NCBI GenBank assembly: GCA_963666315.2
Contig: CAXXHG010000008.1
Span: forward strand, 96,001 to 160,000
DNA from: Candidatus Binatia bacterium
GTDB taxonomy: Bacteria > Desulfobacterota > Binatia > Bin18
Direction: 5' to 3'
DNA: 64,000 nucleotides
Below the pieces are notes generated by a model that was not told where the DNA came from, ran no database searches, and saw only the letters and a list, made by a program, of their open reading frames with translations. Every line of letters starts with the position of its first letter. Positions within the stretch are counted from its first letter, which is position 1. The position numbers were made by a program, and so were the translations under genes. Positions 20,737 through 29,397 of the stretch are shown piece after piece.

Positions 20737-21708
20737 ATGCAGCAACGTAGCCTTGGCAAGACAGGTTTTTCCGTCTCAACAGTGACCCTGGGTGGGGGTG
20801 GGATTGGGATGGTATGGGGGGCCACGACCGAAGAAGAATGTATTGAGACAGTAAAGCAAGCTGTGGCCAGCGGGATCAACATTATCGACCTTGCCCCTAT
20901 GTATGGCAAAGGCAAGGCCGAGGAGGTCGTTGGTATTGCTTGGCCACAGCTGTCCGCTAAACCACTGCTTGCGACTAAGGTATTTATTCGGCCACGTGAG
21001 CGGAGCGATCTGCCCGGAGCCGTCCGCCGCTCTTTGGAGGGCAGCCTCGCTCGTTTAGGGCTTGAACGAGTTGACGTGTTTCAATTGCACAATCAGATTG
21101 AGCCCGACGAGCCAGTTTCCCCGCATCGACTCACTTTGCAAGAGGTGGTTGGAGTAGGTGGAGTTCTTGAGACTATGCAGCAGCTCAAAGAAGAAGGACT
21201 TGTCCGAGCGCTTGGGTTTACTGGCATTGCGCGCCACGATGTTGTGCGCGAGCTCTTTCGTGATGGTCGGCTCGCGACCGTACAACTCGTGACCAATCTT
21301 CTCAACTCAGAAGGAGAGATGGGAGTAGAGGGGGATGGACCGTACCGGGATCATCTGGAAATGGTCCGCTTGGCACAAGCCGCGCAGTTCGGCGTGTTTG
21401 GCATTCGGCCGTTTGCGGCTGGTTCGCTCACTGCAGCCATTGATCGCTCACTCCCTGTGGATCATCCCGTGTCGGCAGACTTCGCTTTCAGCCAGCAACA
21501 TCTCGGCTTCCTGACTGCTGAGACTTCTTCTTCCCTGGCCGTTGTCGCCATGCGCTATGCATTGAGTCTGCCTGGTGTGAGTACGGTCGTGACGGGAGCC
21601 AAGCACCGGGCCGAACTCGCCGAGGCAATTGCAGCCGCAGAAGCAGGCCCCCTCCCGCCAGATCTCCTTGAACGGCTTACGACCCTCCAACAAACGCGCT
21701 CGCAGTAA
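20737..21708 (+). CDS. Aldo/keto reductase
   Basis: RSLGKTG..VS..TLGG, DLAPMYGKGKAEE, TK, SL.RLG...VDVFQLHN. Confidence 0.9.
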   Translation: MQQRSLGKTGFSVSTVTLGGGGIGMVWGATTEEECIETVKQAVASGINIIDLAPMYGKGKAEEVVGIAWPQLSAKPLLATKVFIRPRERSDLPGAVRRSLEGSLARLGLERVDVFQLHNQIEPDEPVSPHRLTLQEVVGVGGVLETMQQLKEEGLVRALGFTGIARHDVVRELFRDGRLATVQLVTNLLNSEGEMGVEGDGPYRDHLEMVRLAQAAQFGVFGIRPFAAGSLTAAIDRSLPVDHPVSADFAFSQQHLGFLTAETSSSLAVVAMRYALSLPGVSTVVTGAKHRAELAEAIAAAEAGPLPPDLLERLTTLQQTRSQ

Positions 21709-21777
21709 GTGCCTATCGGCTGATGAAGACGGCAGATTCCTGGGCTGGACGGGCGGAGAGGGGCCTGCTTTGGTACT

Positions 21778-22426
21778 CTCAGCCTCGACTGCTGCTACTC
21801 CCAGTACGCAGGCTCCACCCGCCACCACGGCTCCCTTCTAACTTTGAAGAGCGGCGTTTCTGGAACCACCAGGCTGCAGCCCCGAATACAATAGCGCCAA
21901 CAGAGAGCAGTAGTGGATTGTCCAGCTTGGCTATGGAGGCTGTGGCGCTGGCCCCTCAGAGCGCGGCAACGCCAAGCGGAAGCAGACCAGAGACTACAAA
22001 GGCGCCTGCAACTCCAATTCCGGTCGAACTCAAGGCTCTGCGCAGGCGTGATCCTTGCGACGGTGTCTGTGCCTTTTTTTCGATTCCGACAAGCAGCTGT
22101 TCGAAGGTTTCCGACTGCGGATTGATCCCTCGAATCTCCAGTTTTAGCCCTTCCGCCAAAGGTCTTTCCTGGAGTTCAAGCCGCAGCCCTGCGCAGCACT
22201 CTCGCTCTAGGGCAACCAACCTCTCGACCTTCGCTTTCAGGTTGGGTGTATCATTGAACTCTAGAACGAGCCCGTCCTCAAGCTTTTGTGTCTTTCGAAT
22301 ATGGGGAAGTACATCGCGCCGCATCTCGGCAAGGCGGGTTGTGAGCTGGTCATCTGAAAGTCTACACATGTTTCGCCCTGCACCCGCCGGGTTGCCGCTT
22401 GTCTGTATTGCTTCTGATTTTTGCAT
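21778..22426 (-). pseudogene. MerR-regulated metal-binding/membrane protein with an in-frame TGA at 21956
   Basis: C.L, ERECC domain, then MerT-like TM segments; reading continues past the TGA as GASATASIAKLDNPLLLSVGAIVFGAAAWWFQKRR; 3' end uncertain. Confidence 0.6.
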
Positions 22427-22459
22427 GAGTATACATCTCCTTCTGTAAACAGTACGGCT

Positions 22460-22490
22460 ATGCTACAAGTTCAAGTGAACTTTAAGTCAA
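22460..22490 (-). promoter_or_regulatory. MerR/SoxR-type promoter with 19-bp spacer and dyad operator
   Basis: Minus strand TTGACT-N19-TAGCAT; spacer TAAAGTTCACTTGAACTTG resembles the SoxR box CCTCAAGTTAACTTGAGG. Confidence 0.85.
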
Positions 22491-22509
22491 GACGGTAAAA
22501 AGAAAAATA

Positions 22510-22884
22510 GTGCTTATCGGAGAAGTAGCGAAACGGGCCGGACTCAAGACCTCTGCCATCCGCTATTATGAGAGTGAAGGGCTCTTGCCGAAACCACCGC
22601 GTCAAAGCGGGCAGCGGGTGTATGATGGATCAATCTTGGACCGTCTGGCTCTGATTGATCTGGCTAAGGCGGCGGGTTTCTCCGTGGCCGAAATAAAACA
22701 TCTCATCCAGGGCTTCTCACGCCGCACGCCACCGGGCGCTCGCTGGCGTGCGCTTGCGAAACGCAAATCGCAAGAATTGGACGAAGCGATCGCCCGCGCG
22801 CAACATATGAAACAGGTGCTCGCGATGGTGACGCAGGGTGAATGGCCGACCTTTGACGATTGTGTTGAAGCGATGAGAAACTGA
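22510..22884 (+). CDS. MerR family (SoxR-like) transcriptional regulator
   Basis: IGEVAKRAGL.TSAIRYYES.GLL..P.R.SGQRVY, GFSVAEIK; divergent from its target promoter. Confidence 0.9.
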   Translation: MLIGEVAKRAGLKTSAIRYYESEGLLPKPPRQSGQRVYDGSILDRLALIDLAKAAGFSVAEIKHLIQGFSRRTPPGARWRALAKRKSQELDEAIARAQHMKQVLAMVTQGEWPTFDDCVEAMRN

Positions 22885-23025
22885 CCGTGGGCCAAAACCC
22901 ATAACTGCTATACCTAGCCGCTATGGATGGATAGAGGTCTCCGCTTGGATTTTGGTATGATGGAAGAAAGCAGAAGGGTGGGTGACGCTAGGCTTCCACC
23001 CACCCACTAAAATTTTTTATATCGC

Positions 23026-23946
23026 ATGATTGAGCTCATGTCGGATAGTTACGCCCACAACCACGCTGCCCCTAACTTCAATCGCGCTTTTGCCATTGGG
23101 GTGGTACTCAATGTCGCCTTCGTCGGGCTCGAAGCGACCTACGGACTCTTGACCAATTCATTGGCCCTCATTGCCGACGCGGGACACAATCTGAGTGATG
23201 TCTTTAGCCTGCTGTTAGCCTGGGGCGCCAGTTTGTTAGCGACGCGAAAACCTACCCCACGCCGCAGCTATGGGTTTCGCCGAGCAACCATACTGGCCTC
23301 GTTGATCAGCGCGCTTCTACTCCTGGTCGCATTAGGCGCGATTGCCTGGGAAGCGGTTGGCCGCTTTAGTCAGCCTCAACTCTTGAGCGGGGGAACCATT
23401 ATTGTGGTTGCCGGCATTGGGGTCGTCATTAATACGTTCACGGCATTGATGTTTCTGTCGGGCCGCAAGCACGACCTGAATATCAGAGGTGCCTATCTGC
23501 ATATGGCGGCAGATGCCGGCGTCTCCCTTGGGGTGGCGGTGTCTGGTGTTGCCATGCTCCTGACCGGCTGGGTGTGGCTAGACCCGACGATCAGTTTGGT
23601 GATCGTTGCTATTATTCTTATTGGGACGTGGGGCTTGCTGCGGGACTCGGTGAATCTCGTGCTCGATTCTGTGCCGAGTAATATTGATCCGCTTGCGGTT
23701 GAGACCTATCTGTCCCGGCTGCCGAATGTGACGCGGGTGCACGATCTCCACATCTGGGGCATGAGTACCAGCGAAGTCGCACTGACCGCACATCTCATCA
23801 TTCCTGAAGCCCGTGTTGACGACGGCTTTTTACAAAACGTGTCATCCAATCTCCACGATCAATTTGGGATTAACCATACCACTTTGCAGGTCGAACGAGG
23901 CGATGGCGATCGGACGTGCGTATTAGAGCATCCTGGGAGGGTCTGA
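23026..23946 (+). CDS. Cation diffusion facilitator (CzcD/ZitB-like) transporter
   Basis: SLALIADAGHNLSD, YGFRR, NIRGAYLHMAAD, HDLHIW, HTTLQVE. Confidence 0.93.
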   Translation: MIELMSDSYAHNHAAPNFNRAFAIGVVLNVAFVGLEATYGLLTNSLALIADAGHNLSDVFSLLLAWGASLLATRKPTPRRSYGFRRATILASLISALLLLVALGAIAWEAVGRFSQPQLLSGGTIIVVAGIGVVINTFTALMFLSGRKHDLNIRGAYLHMAADAGVSLGVAVSGVAMLLTGWVWLDPTISLVIVAIILIGTWGLLRDSVNLVLDSVPSNIDPLAVETYLSRLPNVTRVHDLHIWGMSTSEVALTAHLIIPEARVDDGFLQNVSSNLHDQFGINHTTLQVERGDGDRTCVLEHPGRV

Positions 23947-23999
23947 GCGCTACTGTCTGACTGGGAATGGGAGGGCATTTCCTGCGTATGGCTCGACTG

Positions 24000-25169
24000 T
24001 CAGGGGTTGAGAAAATCGAAAATATAGCTTCTGATTTTCCTATCATTGAATATCTGCGCATGCACCGCTTGGCTTTGATATTCTGTCACACCTGCCATGG
24101 CCTGCTTAAAGGCCGAGGGTAATTGGGCTGACGGGACGCTGACGGTCTCATCACCATTTTCAAACAGCGTCCCGTAACGTTTTGTAGGAAGGTGTTTTTT
24201 AAACTCGTCTTTATGGAAGATCAAAGTCGGAGCTGCTTCCGCGTCGATCAGTACCGCCCGAGCAATCGTGGCGTGCGAAGTGGCAAACGCGTATAGCATA
24301 TGCGTATGCAGTCGAGGCGCAGTCACTAGTGGACTGTTAATCCGTTCATACAGTCTCCTGCCTTTACGGAGCGCAGCTGTGACGAATGCCAATCTTCTTT
24401 GCATGGTCTGTTCCGACACCGCAGTTGCACGAGTTGCATTGTCCCAGAAGCCCCAGCCATACTGCTGCCATAGATCGCTTTCAAACAGAGTAAGAGGCAG
24501 AGGCTTGAGTTCAGCATCGAGCAGAACCGGCGCATACGTCGGCATCATTTCATACACGGATGGAAAAGTGGCAAAGGCCTGTGCCTTAACCAGTGTGGTG
24601 TTGAGGCCGAATCTGGCGCCATGTTTCATATTGCGTAAGGCCGTCATAGAGCCTTTGAATGGAACTGTAGCCAGAATGACCTTGTCTATATGCGTGGCGC
24701 CTTCCCAGGTTTCGACAGCCGCCTCGGGGTCTTGGTGTCCATAACGTAAGTAATAGCTTGTGAGGAGACCGCCCATGCTATGGGCGACAATGGAAATTGA
24801 GCCAGCGTCTTTGTTTTCGAGTTCCGTAATGAGACGTGCCAGTTTTTTCACCGCGACCAGATAATCGTCCCGCCAATCGTAGGCGAAGAGATGGAGGTGC
24901 GGCTGCGATTCGGTTGTAGACAAGCGGTCTCTGAGTTCGTGCAGAAAGCCACCAAACACATCCACGCTATAGATGCCGGGCAGGACGGGAATACGATCCA
25001 GCACCGTGCTGGGATCTAGCTCCATTGCCCCGGCTACCTCAAAGCCGGTTCGCGCCGCTGTCTTTGAACCAAATACGGCTTGCCGGGCAGAGAGCCAAAC
25101 GATGCGCCGATCAGCTGCTTGTACGAGTCGCGTTCCGTAAAAACCAGGGATAAAGATGACGTGCTGCAT
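24000..25169 (-). CDS. LCAT-like lipase/acyltransferase (alpha/beta hydrolase)
   Basis: VIFIPGFYGT.L, FAYDWR, AHSMGGL, PF.GS, GDETV, C-terminal His; start uncertain. Confidence 0.85.
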   Translation of the reverse strand: MQHVIFIPGFYGTRLVQAADRRIVWLSARQAVFGSKTAARTGFEVAGAMELDPSTVLDRIPVLPGIYSVDVFGGFLHELRDRLSTTESQPHLHLFAYDWRDDYLVAVKKLARLITELENKDAGSISIVAHSMGGLLTSYYLRYGHQDPEAAVETWEGATHIDKVILATVPFKGSMTALRNMKHGARFGLNTTLVKAQAFATFPSVYEMMPTYAPVLLDAELKPLPLTLFESDLWQQYGWGFWDNATRATAVSEQTMQRRLAFVTAALRKGRRLYERINSPLVTAPRLHTHMLYAFATSHATIARAVLIDAEAAPTLIFHKDEFKKHLPTKRYGTLFENGDETVSVPSAQLPSAFKQAMAGVTEYQSQAVHAQIFNDRKIRSYIFDFLNP

Positions 25170-25214
25170 GACCAGACCCTGCCTGACATCGGTCCTCACC
25201 TTAGCTTGGTCTTC

Positions 25215-25243
25215 TTGACTTGTTAAGTGTGACGTTACACACT
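25215..25243 (+). promoter_or_regulatory. higBA promoter with palindromic operator
   Basis: TTGACT-N17-CACACT; dyad GTGTGACGTTACAC in the spacer; GTG start 6 nt downstream suggests a leaderless mRNA. Confidence 0.65.
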
Positions 25244-25249
25244 GCAAAA

Positions 25250-25528
25250 GTGATTAAGCGCTTCCGGAAGCGAGGGCTTCGACGGTTCTATGAAAAGGGA
25301 GACGGGAGCCTAATCCGACATGACTTTTTGTCCCGAGTGGAAGATATTTTGGGCCGATTAGATATTGCTGAAGAAGTGGCTGACTTGAATTTGCCTGGCT
25401 ACCGGCTGCATCGGCTGCGGGGAGACTTAAAAGGTTTTTGGAGTGTAACTGTTTCACGTCATTGGCGCATTATTTTTCGCTTTGAGGGGAGTGATGTTAC
25501 AGACGTAAATTTTATTGACTATCACTGA
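25250..25528 (+). CDS. higB: HigB (RelE-family) toxin
   Basis: IKRFR..GLRRFYE.GD, PGYRLH.LRGDL.GFWSVTVS..WRIIFRF, IDYH. Confidence 0.93.
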   Translation: MIKRFRKRGLRRFYEKGDGSLIRHDFLSRVEDILGRLDIAEEVADLNLPGYRLHRLRGDLKGFWSVTVSRHWRIIFRFEGSDVTDVNFIDYH

Positions 25529-25540
25529 GAGGAACTCGCC

Positions 25541-25852
25541 ATGTCTATGCACCACCCCCCGCATCCTGGACGATCTATTAAAGATGCATGCCTAGAACCA
25601 CTTGGTCTCAGTGTAACCGAGGGAGCTAAGGCCCTGGGCATCTCTCGGACGCAACTCTCGCGGATCATTAATGGCAAGGCAGCGATTTCTGGAGATATGG
25701 CGATTCGCCTTTCCAAAGCCTTTGGGAGTACGCCCAGAGCTTGGCTTAAGATGCAGTGGGCCCACGATTTAGCCCTGGCCGAGCAGCGTGCGGATCGTAT
25801 TCAGGTTGCGCGCTACGTACCGACAAACGATACGCAAGACGCAAGGGTATAG
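25541..25852 (+). CDS. higA: HigA antitoxin (HTH Xre)
   Basis: [49 protein letters not shown]. Confidence 0.93.
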   Translation: MSMHHPPHPGRSIKDACLEPLGLSVTEGAKALGISRTQLSRIINGKAAISGDMAIRLSKAFGSTPRAWLKMQWAHDLALAEQRADRIQVARYVPTNDTQDARV

Positions 25853-25913
25853 GAGTGCAGCTCCCCCGGACCTCGATGTCCTCTATCCCCGATGTTCGTC
25901 CGTCTTTGGGACA

Positions 25914-25976
25914 CTGCAGTACCCCGAAAGACAATAGATTCTACCCGGGAGGGGATTATTCGTGGGGTATTTGCAG
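25914..25976. terminator. Inverted repeat between convergent higA and gmaS
   Basis: CTGCAGTACCCC...GGGGTATTTGCAG arms. Confidence 0.4.
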
Positions 25977-25983
25977 ATTCCGA

Positions 25984-27321
25984 TCAATACAAACCCAGAT
26001 AATTCTCGACTTCCCACTGCGAGACCGAGTCGTGATAGCGTTTCCATTCGGCGCGCTTGACCTGGATATAATAGTCGGCATACTCCCTGCCTAGGGCTGT
26101 CTTGATGACCTCGTCTTGTTCGAGTTCATCCAGCGCCTCACTCAAATTCGTAGGGAGAAAACTGATGCCCTCAGCTCTCAGTTCTTCCGCCGCTATTTCG
26201 TATAGATTACGGTCGTTACGGTTGCCTGCCGGCAGCTTGTTCTCAACACCGTCCAGTCCGGCTGCGAGCATGACCGCTGGGGCCAAGTACGGATTGGCTG
26301 CCCCATCTATAGTCCGGTTTTCTATGCGTCCCGGGCCGGGAATGCGGATCATCTGGGTCCGGTTGGATGCGCCATAGGTGATATACACGGGTGCCCAGGT
26401 TGCTCCCGAAACTGGAGCACCGCGAATGAGGCGTTTATATGAGTTCACAATCGGTGCAGTCACTGCGGCAATGGCCCGGGCGTGCTGCTTGAGTCCACCA
26501 ATAAAATGATAGGCGAACTCTGAAAGTCCGTTTTCATCTGCTGTATCCAGGAAGAGATTCGCATCTGTGTCCGCGTCCCACACGCTGGTGTGAAAATGGC
26601 AGCCATTGCCGGTGAGGTGGGAAAATGGCTTGGGCATAAACGTGGCAATACATCCTTGTTCCTCGGCTACGGTGCGAACCATCCAGCGAAAGAAAATATG
26701 TCGGTCCGCGGTGGTGAGGCAATCCGAGTAGGTCCAGTTGATCTCAAACTGGCAGTTCGCGTCTTCGTGGTCGGTCGCATATGGGTCCCACCCGAGTTCC
26801 TGCATATAGGACATTAGTGTGGTCGTAAAATCCAAATTGCGATGGAGGGCGCGCAGGTCGTAACACGGTTTGCTCAGCGTATCGAGCGCATCAAACGGCT
26901 CAAAGCTGCCCTGTTCAGTCCGCCGGGTCAGAATGAACTCCGGCTCAACTCCGGTCTTCAGGACATAGCCTTGGGCTCGGGCCTGAGCCAATTGACGCTG
27001 CAGAATCGTACGCGGACAGTACGGCCACGGTCGCGCATCGACGGTGATGTCGCTCGCCACCCAGGCCACGTTCGGACGCCAGGGTAGGATGCTGAGACTA
27101 TTAAAATCCGGTATGGCGACCATATCCGTATCGTGCGGCCCTTGGCCCATATCGCCGGCGGCAAATCCGGCAAACCCGGCGCTGCCCTGGGCCATATCCT
27201 CAAGGTGGGCGGCCGACACGACCTTCGCTTTCGGTGCTCCGGTCATTTCCACAAAAGAGCACAAAAAGAACTCGATCCCTTTTTCTTGAACGATTTTGGC
27301 TATCTCTTGTACGGTTGGCAT
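25984..27321 (-). CDS. gmaS: Gamma-glutamylmethylamide synthetase (GlnT-type glutamine synthetase-like)
   Basis: AGFAGFA, KPCYD, DHEDANCQFEINW, SGATWAP, NRTQMIRIP; located in the mgs/mgd operon. Confidence 0.9.
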   Translation of the reverse strand: MPTVQEIAKIVQEKGIEFFLCSFVEMTGAPKAKVVSAAHLEDMAQGSAGFAGFAAGDMGQGPHDTDMVAIPDFNSLSILPWRPNVAWVASDITVDARPWPYCPRTILQRQLAQARAQGYVLKTGVEPEFILTRRTEQGSFEPFDALDTLSKPCYDLRALHRNLDFTTTLMSYMQELGWDPYATDHEDANCQFEINWTYSDCLTTADRHIFFRWMVRTVAEEQGCIATFMPKPFSHLTGNGCHFHTSVWDADTDANLFLDTADENGLSEFAYHFIGGLKQHARAIAAVTAPIVNSYKRLIRGAPVSGATWAPVYITYGASNRTQMIRIPGPGRIENRTIDGAANPYLAPAVMLAAGLDGVENKLPAGNRNDRNLYEIAAEELRAEGISFLPTNLSEALDELEQDEVIKTALGREYADYYIQVKRAEWKRYHDSVSQWEVENYLGLY

Positions 27322-27361
27322 GTCTGCCTCCTTTTCGCTGCTACCCTGTCAGGCTCAGCCC

Positions 27362-27392
27362 GTAGGTCAGATTTGCGGAGCGTAATCCGACA
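27362..27392 (+). repeat. GTAG-family REP-like palindrome
   Basis: GTAGGTCAGATTTGCGGAGCGTAATCCGACA; related copies at 36674 and 39291. Confidence 0.7.
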
Positions 27393-27402
27393 GCATATGG
27401 TC

Positions 27403-28614
27403 CTAATGCGACACCGCCGCGGCGGCTTTCTCTCCGACTAAGCGATCTTCATAAAAACGAGAAAAGGCGAATGGTTCAATCAACTGTGGCGTTTTGTTGG
27501 TGACTATCAGTTCTGCCACCGTCTTGCCCGCAGCAGGTCCGGCTTTGAAACCATACGTCCCCCAGCCGACATTGAGGATAAAACCCTGGACTTCCGGGAC
27601 CGTTCCAATAATGGGGCTGAAGTCCGGGGTCATATCGCAGATGCCGGCCCACTGGCGCAACACGCGGGCCTCTTCCAACATCGGAAAAAGCTCCAATGCA
27701 TGCGAGGCCATCATCTCCAGCGTGGGTAAGGTTGAGACCATATTATACGCCGCGTACGGGTCGATTTCCGCGCCGATGACAACCTCGCCGCGATCAGTCT
27801 GATTCACATAGACGTGCAAGGTTGCGGACACAATGACTTTGTCCAGAAAAGGTTTGAGCGGCTCGGTCACACATGCCTGCAGCGGATGCGAGACTATAGG
27901 GAGATCAACACCCACCATGCGGGCTATGGTCGAGCACCAGCCCGAGGTGGCATTCACGACGGTGCCGGTCGTTATCCGACCCCGGTTCGTTTGCACAGCG
28001 GTGACCTGACCACTCTCCGTCTCAATTGCCTGGACTTCCGTGTGGGGATGGATGTGGATGCCCATACGATCCGCGCCGCGAGCATAGCCCCAGACCACGG
28101 CGTCGTGCCGAATAATACCACCCGGCGGATGGTATAAGGCGGCTTGAATGGGAGCGTGGATGTCGGTGCTGACATCCATAGTCGGCACCAGGCTTTTGAT
28201 TTCTTCAGGAAAAAGTAGACGACTATCCACGTCGAGCAGCGCATTGGCTTCGGCTCGTACGCGCAAGCCTTCCACGCCAGTGTCGGTATGCGCCAGGGTC
28301 AGGTGGCCCTGCTGGGAAAACATGACGTTAAAATCGACTTCTTGGGAGAGGCCTTCGTATAGACGCAGGCTCTCCACGTAAAAGGGTATCGCCTCTGGTG
28401 TACGGTAGTTCGCCCGTAGAATAGCGGTATTGCGGCCACTATTACCGCTGCCCAGGTAACTCCGATCAACAACGGCGACGTTGGTCACGCCCTGTTTGCC
28501 TAGATAATAGGCTGTCGCCAGGCCATGCACCCCGGCACCAATGATCACCACATCATAGCGATCCTTGAGCGCGTGGCTGCGCCACATCTTTTGTTTACGA
28601 AAGAGCTGTAACAC
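27403..28614 (-). CDS. mgdA: N-methylglutamate dehydrogenase/sarcosine oxidase beta subunit
   Basis: GAGVHGLATAYYL, GSGNSGRNT, GIIRHDAVVWGYA, DMTPDFSPI, GWGTYGFKA, AAAVSH. Confidence 0.9.
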   Translation of the reverse strand: MLQLFRKQKMWRSHALKDRYDVVIIGAGVHGLATAYYLGKQGVTNVAVVDRSYLGSGNSGRNTAILRANYRTPEAIPFYVESLRLYEGLSQEVDFNVMFSQQGHLTLAHTDTGVEGLRVRAEANALLDVDSRLLFPEEIKSLVPTMDVSTDIHAPIQAALYHPPGGIIRHDAVVWGYARGADRMGIHIHPHTEVQAIETESGQVTAVQTNRGRITTGTVVNATSGWCSTIARMVGVDLPIVSHPLQACVTEPLKPFLDKVIVSATLHVYVNQTDRGEVVIGAEIDPYAAYNMVSTLPTLEMMASHALELFPMLEEARVLRQWAGICDMTPDFSPIIGTVPEVQGFILNVGWGTYGFKAGPAAGKTVAELIVTNKTPQLIEPFAFSRFYEDRLVGEKAAAAVSH

Positions 28615-28650
28615 GACTTATCCTTCTCCTTACTCCTTGCCACTTACCGC

Positions 28651-29385
28651 TTACAACTGGCGCACGGCAGCTACGCCGAACGGGACAACGCCAAATTCTT
28701 GTCCCGCATCGCGGAGCGTCTGCCATAGATACTCTCCAAACTCTCTGCGACAATAGACCTCGTAAGCAAGCTGCGTCTTGACATCAGCCCGCAGCACAAG
28801 CGCGTGGACCTTGGCAATGTCGCCCTGAGCGCAGCGGAGATTTGAGAAGGCCGTCGGGTTCAGATCGAGTGCGGTCAGCTTGCGTAAGAGATCATAGCCC
28901 TGAGGACCAATAATCTGTACGGCCGTAAAACTCGAGGTGACATCGGTCATATGGATACAGCTTTCGTCTGGTAGGGGCTCTTGTGACGCTGAGAGTAGCT
29001 GAGCAACCGCCCCCGCCGTGCCCGGCGCTGTGATCAGCATAACGTGATCCCGAGTCAAACAGCACAGCAGTCCGTCTCGCCCGGAGTCGCCAGCTAGTGT
29101 CTCAGAGCTGACAGGCACGACTTGGCCTACCATTTCCATCTGGGGATCCGCATTCAGAGCTAGCATCCGAACCAAAACCGAGAGAGTGTCTTTTCCTTTG
29201 ACGTCGAATTTTGTAACCGCACTCGCATCGCGCAGGCCCACGCCCTCACGAATGGCTTGGACTTCGTCTTCAACTGCGGTGTAGTATTCCGGACGCTGCC
29301 AGCCATGTTCTTCCACCATCTCGGCGCCTGACTCAAGATGGTAGTGATACAATGCCGAACGTCGGATGATCAGTGAACCCGCCAT
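28651..29385 (-). CDS. mgdD: Gamma subunit-like GcvT-fold (folate-binding) protein
   Basis: HGWQRPEYY, TDVTS, GP...DLLRKLTALDL, YLWQTL.DAGQEFG. Confidence 0.75.
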   Translation of the reverse strand: MAGSLIIRRSALYHYHLESGAEMVEEHGWQRPEYYTAVEDEVQAIREGVGLRDASAVTKFDVKGKDTLSVLVRMLALNADPQMEMVGQVVPVSSETLAGDSGRDGLLCCLTRDHVMLITAPGTAGAVAQLLSASQEPLPDESCIHMTDVTSSFTAVQIIGPQGYDLLRKLTALDLNPTAFSNLRCAQGDIAKVHALVLRADVKTQLAYEVYCRREFGEYLWQTLRDAGQEFGVVPFGVAAVRQL

Positions 29386-29397
29386 ATCTTTCCTGTC

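Noticed and set aside
22885-23025. Possible metal-sensing riboswitch upstream of the CDF transporter
   Set aside because: Only one hairpin (GGGTGGGTG...CACCCACCC) is visible and the NiCo/czcD four-way-junction motifs were not recognised; an Infernal search would be needed.
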